32,000 bases of DNA from Rhodobacter capsulatus SB 1003. GTDB taxonomy: Bacteria > Pseudomonadota > Alphaproteobacteria > Rhodobacterales > Rhodobacteraceae. Each line of letters opens with the position of its first letter. Position 1 is the stretch's first letter. The notes under the pieces are model-generated. The model was not told where the DNA came from. It ran no database searches and saw nothing but the letters and a program-made list of their open reading frames with translations. This document shows, in pieces, positions 1 to 9,073 of this stretch. The position numbers and the translations under genes are program-made. Where the stretch lies: contig NC_014034.1 in the NCBI RefSeq assembly GCF_000021865.1, positions 1,530,001 to 1,562,000 of the forward strand, read 5' to 3'.

Positions 1-276
1 GTTGCGCCGCACATCCTCGCGCAGCGGCTGGGCGCCGGTCGCGGGGTAGAACTTGTAGGCCTCCTCGGTCTTGGGGTGCGCGATCAGCTCGTCGAAGAAC
101 TCGCGGCTGACGAGGGCATGGACCGAAGTCATCGCCTCGCCCAGAAGGTTGTCCTCGATGGCGCGCAGCACCTCGCGGACCTTGCCTTGCACGACATGAC
201 GGCCGCCGTGGTTTGCGGCGGTGCGATCGCCGCGGGCGAGGCCGGTTCCGGCGGGGTGCTGGCAGAAGGCTGCGCA
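1..276 (-). pseudogene. phage major capsid protein (lambda gpE-like family) fragment, runs off the left edge
   Basis: The minus-strand frame is open from the in-frame TGA at 279-277 down to position 1. The translation ...GKVREVLRAIEDNLLGEAMTSVHALVSREFFDELIAHPKTEEAYKFYPATGAQPLREDVRRN resembles the C-terminal half of gpE-type capsids (from memory of the family). There is no N-terminal part or credible start. It lies downstream of an S49 head protease, as in lambda-like head modules. Confidence 0.35.
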
Positions 277-1001
277 TCATCTTCGGAGGCAGTGGTCATC
301 ATCGGGCCCTTTCCTTTGGGAGTGGATTTGAGGGTGGCTGTGCCGCGGGGTGCGGCGGCGAAAGCGCAAAAGGCGGTGACCGGATCGGCCACCTCGTCGG
401 CGAGACCGGCGAAGACCGCGGCCTCCCCGCGGAACACGGCGGCCTCGGTGTCCAGCGCCCGGCTTGTGTCGAGGCGGCGGCCACGACCTTCGGCGACGGT
501 TTCGGCGAAGAGCTGGCGGAGGTCCTCCAACTCGCCCGCGATGCGGGCACGGATGGTCTCAGGCAGCGGCTGGTATGGGTTCGCGTCAACCTTGCGGGCG
601 CCTGCGTGGATCAGCGTGACGGCGATGCCCTTCTGATCGAGCGCCCCGCTCATGTCGCTGTGCATGGCCACAACGCCGATGCTGCCGACGGCCCCGGTGC
701 GGGGCAGGATGATCCGGCCGGCCTGGGAGGCCAGCGCATAGGCGGCCGAGAGGGCGTGATCGGCGACGAAGGCTTGGACCGGCTTCTGCGCCCGTGCTGC
801 CCGGATCCGATCCGCCATATCAAAGGCCCCGGCGACCTCGCCACCGAAGCTGTCGATATCGAGGGCAATGCCGCGGATGGCCGGATCGGCGACGGCCGCC
901 TGCAGCTGCGCCGCGATCCCCTCGTAGGAGGTCAGCCCCGAGGATTGCCCGATCCAGGCGCCGCGATGCACCAGCGTGCCCGCAATCTCGATCACGGCCA
1001 T
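129..1001 (-). pseudogene. S49-family (SppA/ClpP-fold) phage prohead protease remnant, N-terminally truncated and fused in frame to the integrase 3' end
   Basis: The translation VAVIEIAGTLVHRGAWIG..GLTSYEGIAAQLQAAVADPAIRGIALDIDSFGGEVAGAFDMADRIRAARAQKPVQAFVADHALSAAYALASQAGRIILPRTGAVGSIGVV is a typical S49 core. It has no N-terminus or start codon of its own. The C-terminal tail reads through an internal RBS-ATGATG (302-297) into a P/A-rich segment. Confidence 0.7.
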
Positions 1002-1290
1002 CCGCACCGGTTCGGCCGCGAGATGGGCGTATCGCGCCGTGGTCTGAACCTGCATGTGGCCGAGGAGCTTGCCGATCATCGGCAGGCCCTGACCTGACGC
1101 TACGGCTGTGGATGCGAAGGTGTGGCGCAGGTCGTGGATCCGGACATCCTTGACCCCGGCACGGGCACGGACGCGCTGCTAGAAGGGTTGCAGATCACTC
1201 AGGGGCTTCGCCATTGGGCTCGAACCAATGGCGCCGCAATGGCTCACCAGCTGGACCAGGTCGTCGTGCGGTAGCGCGCGGGTGCAGGCT
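1002..1290 (-). pseudogene. tyrosine recombinase (phage integrase) C-terminal remnant with in-frame nonsense codon
   Basis: The translation ...PLSDLQPF*QRVRARAGVKDVRIHDLRHTFASTAVASGQGLPMIGKLLGHMQVQTTARYAHLAAEPVR carries the HxLRH and LGH...TT..YxH catalytic boxes. There is a TAG at 1181-1179 where a Trp is expected. No N-terminal domains are present. The upstream limit is approximate. Confidence 0.75.
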
Positions 1291-1415
1291 CGCTCATGCA
1301 TCCCGTCTAACCGCATGGATTCGCGATGTGAATCCTTCGAAGACAGTGTTCTGCAACAACGCCCACCGGCGTCGCCATCTCGACTCCGACATTGTTGAGT
1401 AATTCACTTTTCTTT

Positions 1416-2560
<1,145 letters not shown>

Positions 2561-2595
2561 GCGGCAAAGCGGAACGCGGGGCCGGAATGCAGAAA

Positions 2596-2620
2596 GGGCA
2601 GCGCCCTGCGCTGCCCTTTT
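2596..2620. terminator. bidirectional Rho-independent terminator
   Basis: GGGCAGCGC-cct-GCGCTGCCC is a 9-bp perfect stem. It is followed by TTTT and preceded by AAA, and sits between convergent genes. Confidence 0.8.
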
Positions 2621-2706
2621 GACGTGGTCCCGATCAAAGCTGGCTGGGGTGCTTTGTGGCTTGCCGTGGTGGCTGGCGGAAAGCGGACCTGGCTTGCGAA
2701 GTCGGA

Positions 2707-2895
2707 TCAGGCGTTTTCTTCTTCGAAGTGCCCGCACCAGTCGGATTCCTTCACCACCGGCCACAGGCCGCGGGCGTCGGGGGCAATCTGGGTGACGGGC
2801 GGGTTGAAGCGGCACAGACCGGCATCGGCCAGTTCTTTTTCACCGTTCGCGACATGATCTTCGAAGAAAGCGCATTTGGCGCAAGTGGCAGACAT
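2707..2895 (-). CDS. small 4-Cys protein (62 aa), putative metal-binding, unknown function
   Basis: The product is [62 protein letters not shown]. The RBS GAGGAG lies 7 nt upstream of the ATG at 2895. The pattern CxxC...GxCR..PP...WP....WCG recalls small phage/alphaproteobacterial proteins. It shares the terminator at 2596-2620. Confidence 0.65.
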   Translation of the reverse strand: MSATCAKCAFFEDHVANGEKELADAGLCRFNPPVTQIAPDARGLWPVVKESDWCGHFEEENA

Positions 2896-2968
2896 GACAT
2901 GTCTCCTCTGTTCAAACCGGGCGTCGCCCAACCGCGGCGCCTAGGTTTTTGATAGACCCGGCGATCGC

Positions 2969-3014
2969 GAAAATCAAGTGAACATTAAATGAAATCAAAT
3001 ACTTGATCGTTTTC
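2969..3014. promoter_or_regulatory. AT-rich repeat array (candidate operator/promoter) between the divergent small-Cys gene and hemP
   Basis: This is the lowest-GC stretch seen in the window. ATCAAGT (2973-2979) and ACTTGAT (3001-3007) form an inverted repeat. AAATCAA occurs as direct repeats at 2971 and 2992, 21 bp apart. Confidence 0.4.
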
Positions 3015-3247
3015 ATGCGGATTGGCCGGGCAAGGGTTTTGCTTGGGTTTCCGTCCCGGTGACGCCGTGCCGCAACCTCCTGATCGAACCGTCGCTTTTC
3101 TTCGCTCTCGAATTCCGATAGAAACACTCGACAGTTTACAGGGGCGGTTTGCCCCCCGATCGGCAGGCCCCAACGGCGGTTTCGTCCCCGCAAGGCCCCC
3201 TGCGATCCCGCGCGGTGCGCCTCCCCGGCGCGCAAGGAGAATCGCAC

Positions 3248-3469
3248 ATGTGCAATGACGAGGGACGGCCGAAACTTGCGCTTGGAAGCGGTGTCGGCAG
3301 CGATTTCGGCGGGCAGGGCCCGGACGCGGCGCAAGTCCCCGACATCGCGCCGCCGTTGCACGACGCGCGGGCGCTGACCGAGGGGGGAAGCCTTGTGCGG
3401 ATCGTGCTGGACGGCGTCACCTATACCCTGCGCATCACCCGCAATGGCAAGCTGATCCTGACGAAGTGA
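3248..3469 (+). CDS. hemP: hemin uptake protein HemP family
   Basis: The 73-aa product ends ...VRIVLDGVTYTLRITRNGKLILTK, the HemP signature C-terminus. The RBS AAGGAG lies 8 nt upstream of the ATG at 3248. Confidence 0.8.
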   Translation: MCNDEGRPKLALGSGVGSDFGGQGPDAAQVPDIAPPLHDARALTEGGSLVRIVLDGVTYTLRITRNGKLILTK

Positions 3470-3518
3470 TCCGGCCCCCGGGGGGACTATCGGCCTTTTG
3501 CGGGTGGCCGGGACCGGC

Positions 3519-4055
3519 TCAGCCGCTCTTGCGCGGCAACGCCCGGACCAGAACCGCCGCGGCCGCAAGGCCGATCGCCCAGACCAGCGGGCTGGCTCCC
3601 GACGCGGGGCTTGCGGCAGGGCGGGGCGCCGCCCCCGATCCGGCCCCCGATCCGGCCCGTGCCAGACAGGCCCGGAACGCGGGCAGGTGATTGAGCGCCG
3701 AGGCCGCACGCAGCCGGGCAAAGATCAGCAGCGCGGCCGGATCCTTGACCGTCCGGCTCAAACGGTCATACATCGCGGCATTGGCGATTTCGGCGGCGAC
3801 TCCGCCTTCACAGGCCGCGATCAGGCTTTCGGGGGCCGCAATCCGACCGGCGAACCGATCTGGCGGCACCGCAAAGCCGTGCTGGCGCAACAGACCCGCC
3901 AGCGCCGCCACATGCCGTCCCTCGGCCTGCACGATAGTGGCAAAGGGCTGCACCGGGCCGAACCGCGCCAGAACCGCCGCATAGCTGGCCCGCGCCCTGT
4001 ATTCATCCTCGATCGCCTCGATCAGCGCCGCCTGCAGCCCGCTTGCCCGTGTCAT
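3519..4055 (-). CDS. DUF2202 ferritin-like protein with C-terminal membrane anchor
   Basis: The 178-aa product starts MTRASGLQAALIEAIEDEYRARASYAAVLARFGPVQPFATIVQAEGRHVAALAGLLRQHGFAVPPD, which is the DUF2202 pattern. It then has a G/S/A/P linker and the hydrophobic tail PLVWAIGLAAAAVLV. The RBS GGAG lies 8 nt upstream. Confidence 0.75.
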   Translation of the reverse strand: MTRASGLQAALIEAIEDEYRARASYAAVLARFGPVQPFATIVQAEGRHVAALAGLLRQHGFAVPPDRFAGRIAAPESLIAACEGGVAAEIANAAMYDRLSRTVKDPAALLIFARLRAASALNHLPAFRACLARAGSGAGSGAAPRPAASPASGASPLVWAIGLAAAAVLVRALPRKSG

Positions 4056-4110
4056 CGCCTGTCTCCGACCGTTGCCACGCCCGCAGGATACAGATCTGCT
4101 CCGCATTGGC

Positions 4111-4125
4111 CGATTGTTTTTGTCG
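4111..4125. promoter_or_regulatory. operator-like TGA-N9-TCA-type motif (CGATTGTTTTTGTCG)
   Basis: It is a member of a six-site motif family. It lies in the divergent DUF2202/ABC promoter region. Confidence 0.45.
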
Positions 4126-4216
4126 GATTGCGCAACATGTCGCAGCCGCCCGCGGCGCACAAGTTTTGTTTCGCAAATCACAACCCGGCGCGGTTGAGCG
4201 GGGGGAGGCATAATCC

Positions 4217-4231
4217 TAATAAAAACACTCG
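4217..4231. promoter_or_regulatory. operator-like motif, reverse orientation (rc CGAGTGTTTTTATTA)
   Basis: 16 of 17 nt are identical (ATAAAAAyACTCGGAA) with the site at 29484-29498. It lies 20 bp upstream of the GTG at 4251. Confidence 0.4.
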
Positions 4232-4250
4232 GAATAATCGGAGGCGGATC

Positions 4251-6068
4251 GTGGCAGCGACAGGAACGGACGAGGCGGGGGTGAAGCTCTGGCCGGTGGC
4301 GGGGCGGCTGATCGGGTTGATGCGGCGCCGCCGCGGCTTGCTGGCGCTTTCGGTGGTCAGCGGCACGCTGGCGGCGCTGTTCTCGCTCAGCCCCTATCTG
4401 GCGACGGCGGCGGTGCTGATGGCGTTTTTCGCGCCGCAGGTCGATTGGGGTTTCGTGGCGCTGGCGGGGCTGGCCGGGCTTGCGGGGGTGGTGGCGGAAA
4501 AGGCGCTCTTTGGCCTCTCCACCTATCTGTCGCATCGCATCGCCTTTGCGACGCAGCGCGAATTGCGCTTCGAGCTCGCGCAGAAGCTGGCCCGGGTGCC
4601 TTTGGGCTTCACCGACGCGCGTTCCAAGGGCGAGATCCGCAATACGCTGGTGGACGAGATCGAGGTGCTCGAAGACGGCATGGCGCATCTGGTGCCCGAG
4701 GTCAGCGCGGCGGTGATCGCGCCCTTGCTGACGCTGGGGCTGATGCTGGCGATCGACTGGCGGCTTTCGCTGCTGATGATCGCGCCGATGCTGGTCGGGC
4801 TGTGGATGATGGGCCGGATGATGAAGGATGCCGAGGGGCCGACGCGCGATTATCTGGAGATCCAGTCGCGCATGGCCACGGTGGCGGCGGAAATGGCCGA
4901 TGGCATCGCCACCGTGCGCGCCTTCAACCAGGATGCGCAGGCCAGCCGCCGCGCCGGGGCGGTCTTTGCCGAGATGCGGCAGATGTCGGATGCCTGGCTT
5001 GATCGCGCGATCATTCCGGGCACGGCGGCGCAGGTGCTCTTGACCAGCCATCTGATGTTGCTCGGCTCGGTCGGGCTGGTGATGGCGGCGGCGGGATGGG
5101 TCGATCTGGCGGTCTTCGCCGCCTTTCTGGCCGTGGCCTACGGCTTTGGCGATCTGTTCGCGGCGATCCAGGGCATCAGCCACCGGCTGTTTCGCCAGCA
5201 TGAGCTGCTGGAACGGCTTGACGCCCTGCGCAACGTCGCCGAACTGCCCCCCGCCACCGGCACCCCGATGATCGCCAAGGCCGCGATCCGCTTCGATCAC
5301 GTCAGCTTTTCCTATGGCCCGCGCGAGGTGATTTCCGACATCAGCTTCGATCTGCCCGCCGGGCGCTGTCTGGCGCTGGTGGGGCCCTCGGGGTCCGGCA
5401 AATCCACCGTCGCGCGGCTGATCGGCCGGTTTCAGGACCCCGCCGCGGGCACCATCCGCATCGGCGGGCAGGATCTGTGCGCGATCGACCCCGAGGCGCT
5501 GCACCGCCATCTGGCCTATGTGTTTCAGGATGTCTTCCTGTTCAGCGGCACCGTGGCCGAGAATATCGCGCTGGGCCGGGTTGGCGCGACGCAGGCCGAG
5601 ATCGAGGCGGCGGCCCGGGTGGCGCGGGCGCATGATTTCATCACCGCCCTGCCGCAGGGCTATGACACGGTTCTGGGCGAACGCGGCTTCGGCCTTTCGG
5701 GCGGCGAGCGGCAGCGGATCTCGATTGCGCGGGCGATCCTGAAGGATGCGCCGATCCTGATCCTTGACGAGGCGACGGCCTTTGCCGATCCCGAAAACGA
5801 GGCGCTGATCCAAGATGCGGTGGCCGATCTGGCGCGCGGGCGCACCGTCGTTGTCATCGCGCATCGGCTGCACACCATCGTTCATGTCGACGAGATCCTG
5901 GTGCTTGAAACCGGCCGGATCGTCGAGCGCGGCAGCCATGCGGCGCTGCTGGCGGCGGGCGGGCTGTTCGCCCGGATGTGGCAGGCGCAAGAGGCGACGC
6001 GCAGCTTCCGCCATGCCACAGGCGCCCCCCCCATCCCCGCAAATCCGGCCCTGGAGGCGGCACAATGA
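4251..6068 (+). CDS. fused ABC transporter permease/ATPase, YbtP/IrtA-like subunit 1
   Basis: It has an N-terminal 6-TM exporter-fold domain. NBD motifs are Walker A GPSGSGKST, signature LSGGERQR and Walker B ILILDEATAFADPENE. The GTG start has a GGAGG RBS, with an alternative GTG at 4281. The upstream part of ORF 3498.. is antisense to the DUF2202 gene. Confidence 0.85.
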   Translation: MAATGTDEAGVKLWPVAGRLIGLMRRRRGLLALSVVSGTLAALFSLSPYLATAAVLMAFFAPQVDWGFVALAGLAGLAGVVAEKALFGLSTYLSHRIAFATQRELRFELAQKLARVPLGFTDARSKGEIRNTLVDEIEVLEDGMAHLVPEVSAAVIAPLLTLGLMLAIDWRLSLLMIAPMLVGLWMMGRMMKDAEGPTRDYLEIQSRMATVAAEMADGIATVRAFNQDAQASRRAGAVFAEMRQMSDAWLDRAIIPGTAAQVLLTSHLMLLGSVGLVMAAAGWVDLAVFAAFLAVAYGFGDLFAAIQGISHRLFRQHELLERLDALRNVAELPPATGTPMIAKAAIRFDHVSFSYGPREVISDISFDLPAGRCLALVGPSGSGKSTVARLIGRFQDPAAGTIRIGGQDLCAIDPEALHRHLAYVFQDVFLFSGTVAENIALGRVGATQAEIEAAARVARAHDFITALPQGYDTVLGERGFGLSGGERQRISIARAILKDAPILILDEATAFADPENEALIQDAVADLARGRTVVVIAHRLHTIVHVDEILVLETGRIVERGSHAALLAAGGLFARMWQAQEATRSFRHATGAPPIPANPALEAAQ

Positions 6069-7807
6069 AACTGATGCGGTTCATCTGGTCCTATCTGCCG
6101 CCGATGCGCGGGCAATATCTGGTCTCGATCCTGCTCGCCGGGCTCGAGGGGCTTCTGGCCGCGGTGCCGCCCCTGGCGGTGGGGTTGGGGCTGATGCGTC
6201 TGGCCGAGGGTCCGGCGAGTGTGGCCGAGATCGCCCCCCATGCCGCGGCCTGTCTGCTGGCGGTGCTGCTGCGCATCCGGGTGATCCAGCGCGCCTGGAA
6301 GCTGGGCTATGGCGCGGGCAACCATGCCGCCGAGGCGGTGCGCAACCGCATCGTCACCCATATGCGCCGCGTGCCTTTGGGCGCTTTGGCGGGGCGCTGG
6401 GCCCCGGCGCAGCTGGCCACGCTGATCGCCGAGGATGGCCGCTGGCTGAACGAGACCTCGACCTTTTATCTCAACCGTTTCCTCAATGCGCTTATTGCGA
6501 CGGCGCTGCTGCTGGCGGCGGCGCTCTGGTTTGCGCCCGCGGCGGGGCTTGCCATCGTGCTGGCGCTGGGCGGGGGCGTCGCGGCGCTGTTCGTCGCCGG
6601 GCCGATCCTGACCCGCTTCCTGCGCGCCCGCAACGAGATGATCGGCGAGGCGACCTTGCGGATCGGCGAATATGCCGATGGCATTGCGGTCTTTCGCGCC
6701 TTTGGCCGCACCGGCACGGCGCAGGCGCAATTCCGCGCCGCCGTCGAGGCGCTGCATGACACGACGCTGGCGATGGCGCCGAAACTGGTGCCGCTGCAAC
6801 AGGCCGGGGCGGCGATGATCGCCTTTGCCGCGCCGCTGGCCATCCTGTTCGTCGCGGCCTCGGCGCGGACGGGGCAGGCGCCCGACCCGGCTGCGGTGAT
6901 CCCGGCGCTGTTCCTGACGCTTGCGGCGGCGACCACCTTTTACACCGGCGTGCTCAAGATCGTGCTGCCGCTGGAGCTGGGCGAGCGGGCGCGGGTCAAT
7001 ATCGGCGCCTTTCTGGCGGTGCCCGAACTGGGCGGCACGCGGCATGATTTCCGCCCCGATCTCGACATCGACTTTCAGGCGGTGCGGTTCCGCCATGCCC
7101 CCGACAAGCCCGATGCCGTGCGCGACATTTCCTTTGCCGCGCGGCAGGGCCGGGTCACCGCCATCGTCGGGCCAAGCGGCGCGGGGAAATCGACGCTGGT
7201 CGCGCTGCTCTTGCGGTTTCACGACCTGAGCGGCGGGCAGATCCGGCTGGGCGGGGTCGATCTGTCCGAGGCCGATCCGGCGGCGGTGCAGGCGCTGGTT
7301 TCGCTCGTGTCGCAAGACGTGCATCTGTTTCGCGACACGTTGCGGGCCAATCTGCTGCTGGGCGATCCGGGGGCCGATCCCGACCGGCTGGCCCGGGTGA
7401 TCGAGGCGGCGCAGCTGCGCGATCTGGTGGCGGCGCTGCCGGCGGGGCTTGACACCGTGCTGGGCGACACCGGGCGGACGCTTTCGGGCGGCGAGCGGCA
7501 GCGGGTGGCGATTGCGCGGGCGCTTCTGAAGGACGCGCCGGTGATCGTGCTGGACGAGGCGACCTCGGCGATGGACCCGCTGAGCGAGGCGGCGATTCAG
7601 CGCGCGATTGCGGCGCTGGAAACCGACCGCACGGTGATCGTCATCGCGCATCGGCTGCGCACGGTGACCGAGGCCGACGAGATCATCGTGATGGAGGGCG
7701 GCCGGATCGTGGCGCGCGGGCGGCACGAGGCGCTGCTGGCGGCGGGCGGGCTTTATGGCAGGCTTTGGGCGGCGCAGGAGAAAGCCGCGGGATGGCGGCT
7801 CAGATGA
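6065..7807 (+). CDS. fused ABC transporter permease/ATPase, YbtQ/IrtB-like subunit 2
   Basis: An ATGA overlap links it to the upstream ABC gene. NBD motifs are GPSGAGKST, LSGGERQR and VIVLDEATSAMD. Confidence 0.88.
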   Translation: MKLMRFIWSYLPPMRGQYLVSILLAGLEGLLAAVPPLAVGLGLMRLAEGPASVAEIAPHAAACLLAVLLRIRVIQRAWKLGYGAGNHAAEAVRNRIVTHMRRVPLGALAGRWAPAQLATLIAEDGRWLNETSTFYLNRFLNALIATALLLAAALWFAPAAGLAIVLALGGGVAALFVAGPILTRFLRARNEMIGEATLRIGEYADGIAVFRAFGRTGTAQAQFRAAVEALHDTTLAMAPKLVPLQQAGAAMIAFAAPLAILFVAASARTGQAPDPAAVIPALFLTLAAATTFYTGVLKIVLPLELGERARVNIGAFLAVPELGGTRHDFRPDLDIDFQAVRFRHAPDKPDAVRDISFAARQGRVTAIVGPSGAGKSTLVALLLRFHDLSGGQIRLGGVDLSEADPAAVQALVSLVSQDVHLFRDTLRANLLLGDPGADPDRLARVIEAAQLRDLVAALPAGLDTVLGDTGRTLSGGERQRVAIARALLKDAPVIVLDEATSAMDPLSEAAIQRAIAALETDRTVIVIAHRLRTVTEADEIIVMEGGRIVARGRHEALLAAGGLYGRLWAAQEKAAGWRLR

Positions 7808-9057
7808 GCGCCGCGATGCCGGACGAAAACGCGGGGCACTGGCGCATCCTGACGGGGGTCTTTGCCTTCATGCTGGCCTCCTCGGTGCCGATGTCGTTTT
7901 TCTACTATGTCTTTCCGCCGATGCTGCGCGCTTCGGGCCATTCGGCGGAGCTCGTCAGCGCGCTGGCGCTGGTCTATCTGCCCTATGTGCTGCGCGGGGT
8001 CTGGGCCTTTGCGATTGCCCGGGCGTTGGGCGGGCGGGCGCAGGCCTGGCGCCGTGCGACGCTGGCCCTGTCGGTTCTGGCGGCGGCGGGGGTGCTGGCG
8101 TTGCTGCCGCTTGATCCGGCACGCCAGCCCGGCCCGATCATGGCGGTGGCGGCGGTCCTGTTTCTGGTGCTGGCCAGCGGCATGACCACGCTTGACGGCT
8201 ATGTTCTGGCAACCCTTGGCGAAAAGGGCCGCGCGGCGGTGCCCGGCTGGGGCGCGTCGGGCATGGCGCTCGGGGGCATTCTGGTGGGGGTCGCCTCCTG
8301 GCTGGGCTGGATCGGCGGCGATTGGCGCCAGGCGGTCTGGCTTTTGGCGGCGATGACGCTTGCGCCCGCACTGGCGGTGGCGATCCTGCCGCCTCAGGCC
8401 CCGGCAGAGCGCGCCGATCCCGCCACGCCGCCGCGGCCGCGGCTGCCGCTGCGCAGCCTGTGGCGCGCGGTCTGGCAGGACCCGGCCCTGCCGCGGCTTG
8501 TCCTCGTGTCGCTTCTGGCCCATGGCGCCATCGGGCTCGTCTCGGGCTATCTGCCGGTCCTGCAGGTCGATGCGGGTCTGCAGATCGGCGAGATCGGCCT
8601 GTTCAGCGCGGTGGCGGCGAACGGGCTTGGCCTGGCGGGCGCTGTGATCGGCGGCGCCATCGTCGCGCGGATCGGCGGCTGGAAAAGCCTGTCGCTGGTC
8701 ACGATGCTGCTGGCGCTGTGCCTTGGCGTCGCGGCGGCGCTGCACGGGCTGATCTGGGGCCGCGGCTTTGCCGTCGCGCTGACCGCGGTGACGATGCTGG
8801 CGGGCTACATCTATTACGTGCCCTATCGCGCGCTCTGCCTGCAATCGAGCCGCGGCGATCATGCGGTGACGCAGGCGGCCTGGCTGTCCTCTTGCGACAT
8901 GGTGGTCAGCATCCTGGCGATGTCGGTTGCGGGCACGCTGGCCGCGCGGCTCGGCCTCGTGCCCTTCCTTGTCCTTTGCACCCTTGCGGCCTCTGGCGCC
9001 GCCCTTGTGGCGCTGCGCCAGGCCCTGCCGGCCCGGGCCGCGCTGGCCCCGAATTGA
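7804..9057 (+). CDS. MFS transporter, RhtX/FptX/YbtX (AmpG-like) siderophore permease family
   Basis: An ATGA overlap links it to the upstream gene. It is multi-TM and hydrophobic. The N-terminal pattern ...LRASGHSAELVSALALVYLPYVLRGVWAFAIAR...AWRR resembles AmpG/FptX-type MFS proteins. Confidence 0.75.
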   Translation: MSAAMPDENAGHWRILTGVFAFMLASSVPMSFFYYVFPPMLRASGHSAELVSALALVYLPYVLRGVWAFAIARALGGRAQAWRRATLALSVLAAAGVLALLPLDPARQPGPIMAVAAVLFLVLASGMTTLDGYVLATLGEKGRAAVPGWGASGMALGGILVGVASWLGWIGGDWRQAVWLLAAMTLAPALAVAILPPQAPAERADPATPPRPRLPLRSLWRAVWQDPALPRLVLVSLLAHGAIGLVSGYLPVLQVDAGLQIGEIGLFSAVAANGLGLAGAVIGGAIVARIGGWKSLSLVTMLLALCLGVAAALHGLIWGRGFAVALTAVTMLAGYIYYVPYRALCLQSSRGDHAVTQAAWLSSCDMVVSILAMSVAGTLAARLGLVPFLVLCTLAASGAALVALRQALPARAALAPN

Positions 9058-9073
9058 CAGATTGGAGCGTTCC

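Noticed and set aside
1211-1231. tRNA T-arm-like hairpin (minus strand CATTGG-TTCGAGC-CCAATG), a possible tRNA 3' fragment or att site next to the integrase.
   Set aside because: The flanking sequence cannot be folded into anticodon or acceptor arms. It also lies in frame inside the integrase remnant, so the resemblance is probably coincidental.
3498-4250. N-terminal 251 codons of the 856-aa plus-strand ORF (TTG start), which would greatly extend ABC subunit 1.
   Set aside because: The translation is R/G/P-rich and of low complexity, and it is antisense to a well-supported DUF2202 gene. A GTG with a GGAGG RBS at 4251 gives a normal-length ABC protein.
4056-6065. Upstream 670 codons of the 848-aa minus-strand ORF 3519..6065.
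   Set aside because: It is antisense to the ABC gene, which has clear Walker and signature motifs. It has the typical high-GC shadow-frame composition (R, P, G, H, Q rich). Only the last 178 codons (the DUF2202 protein) look real.
5882-7726. 614-aa minus-strand ORF.
   Set aside because: It is a shadow ORF antisense to ABC subunit 2, with no recognisable motifs and an Arg/Pro/Gln-rich composition.
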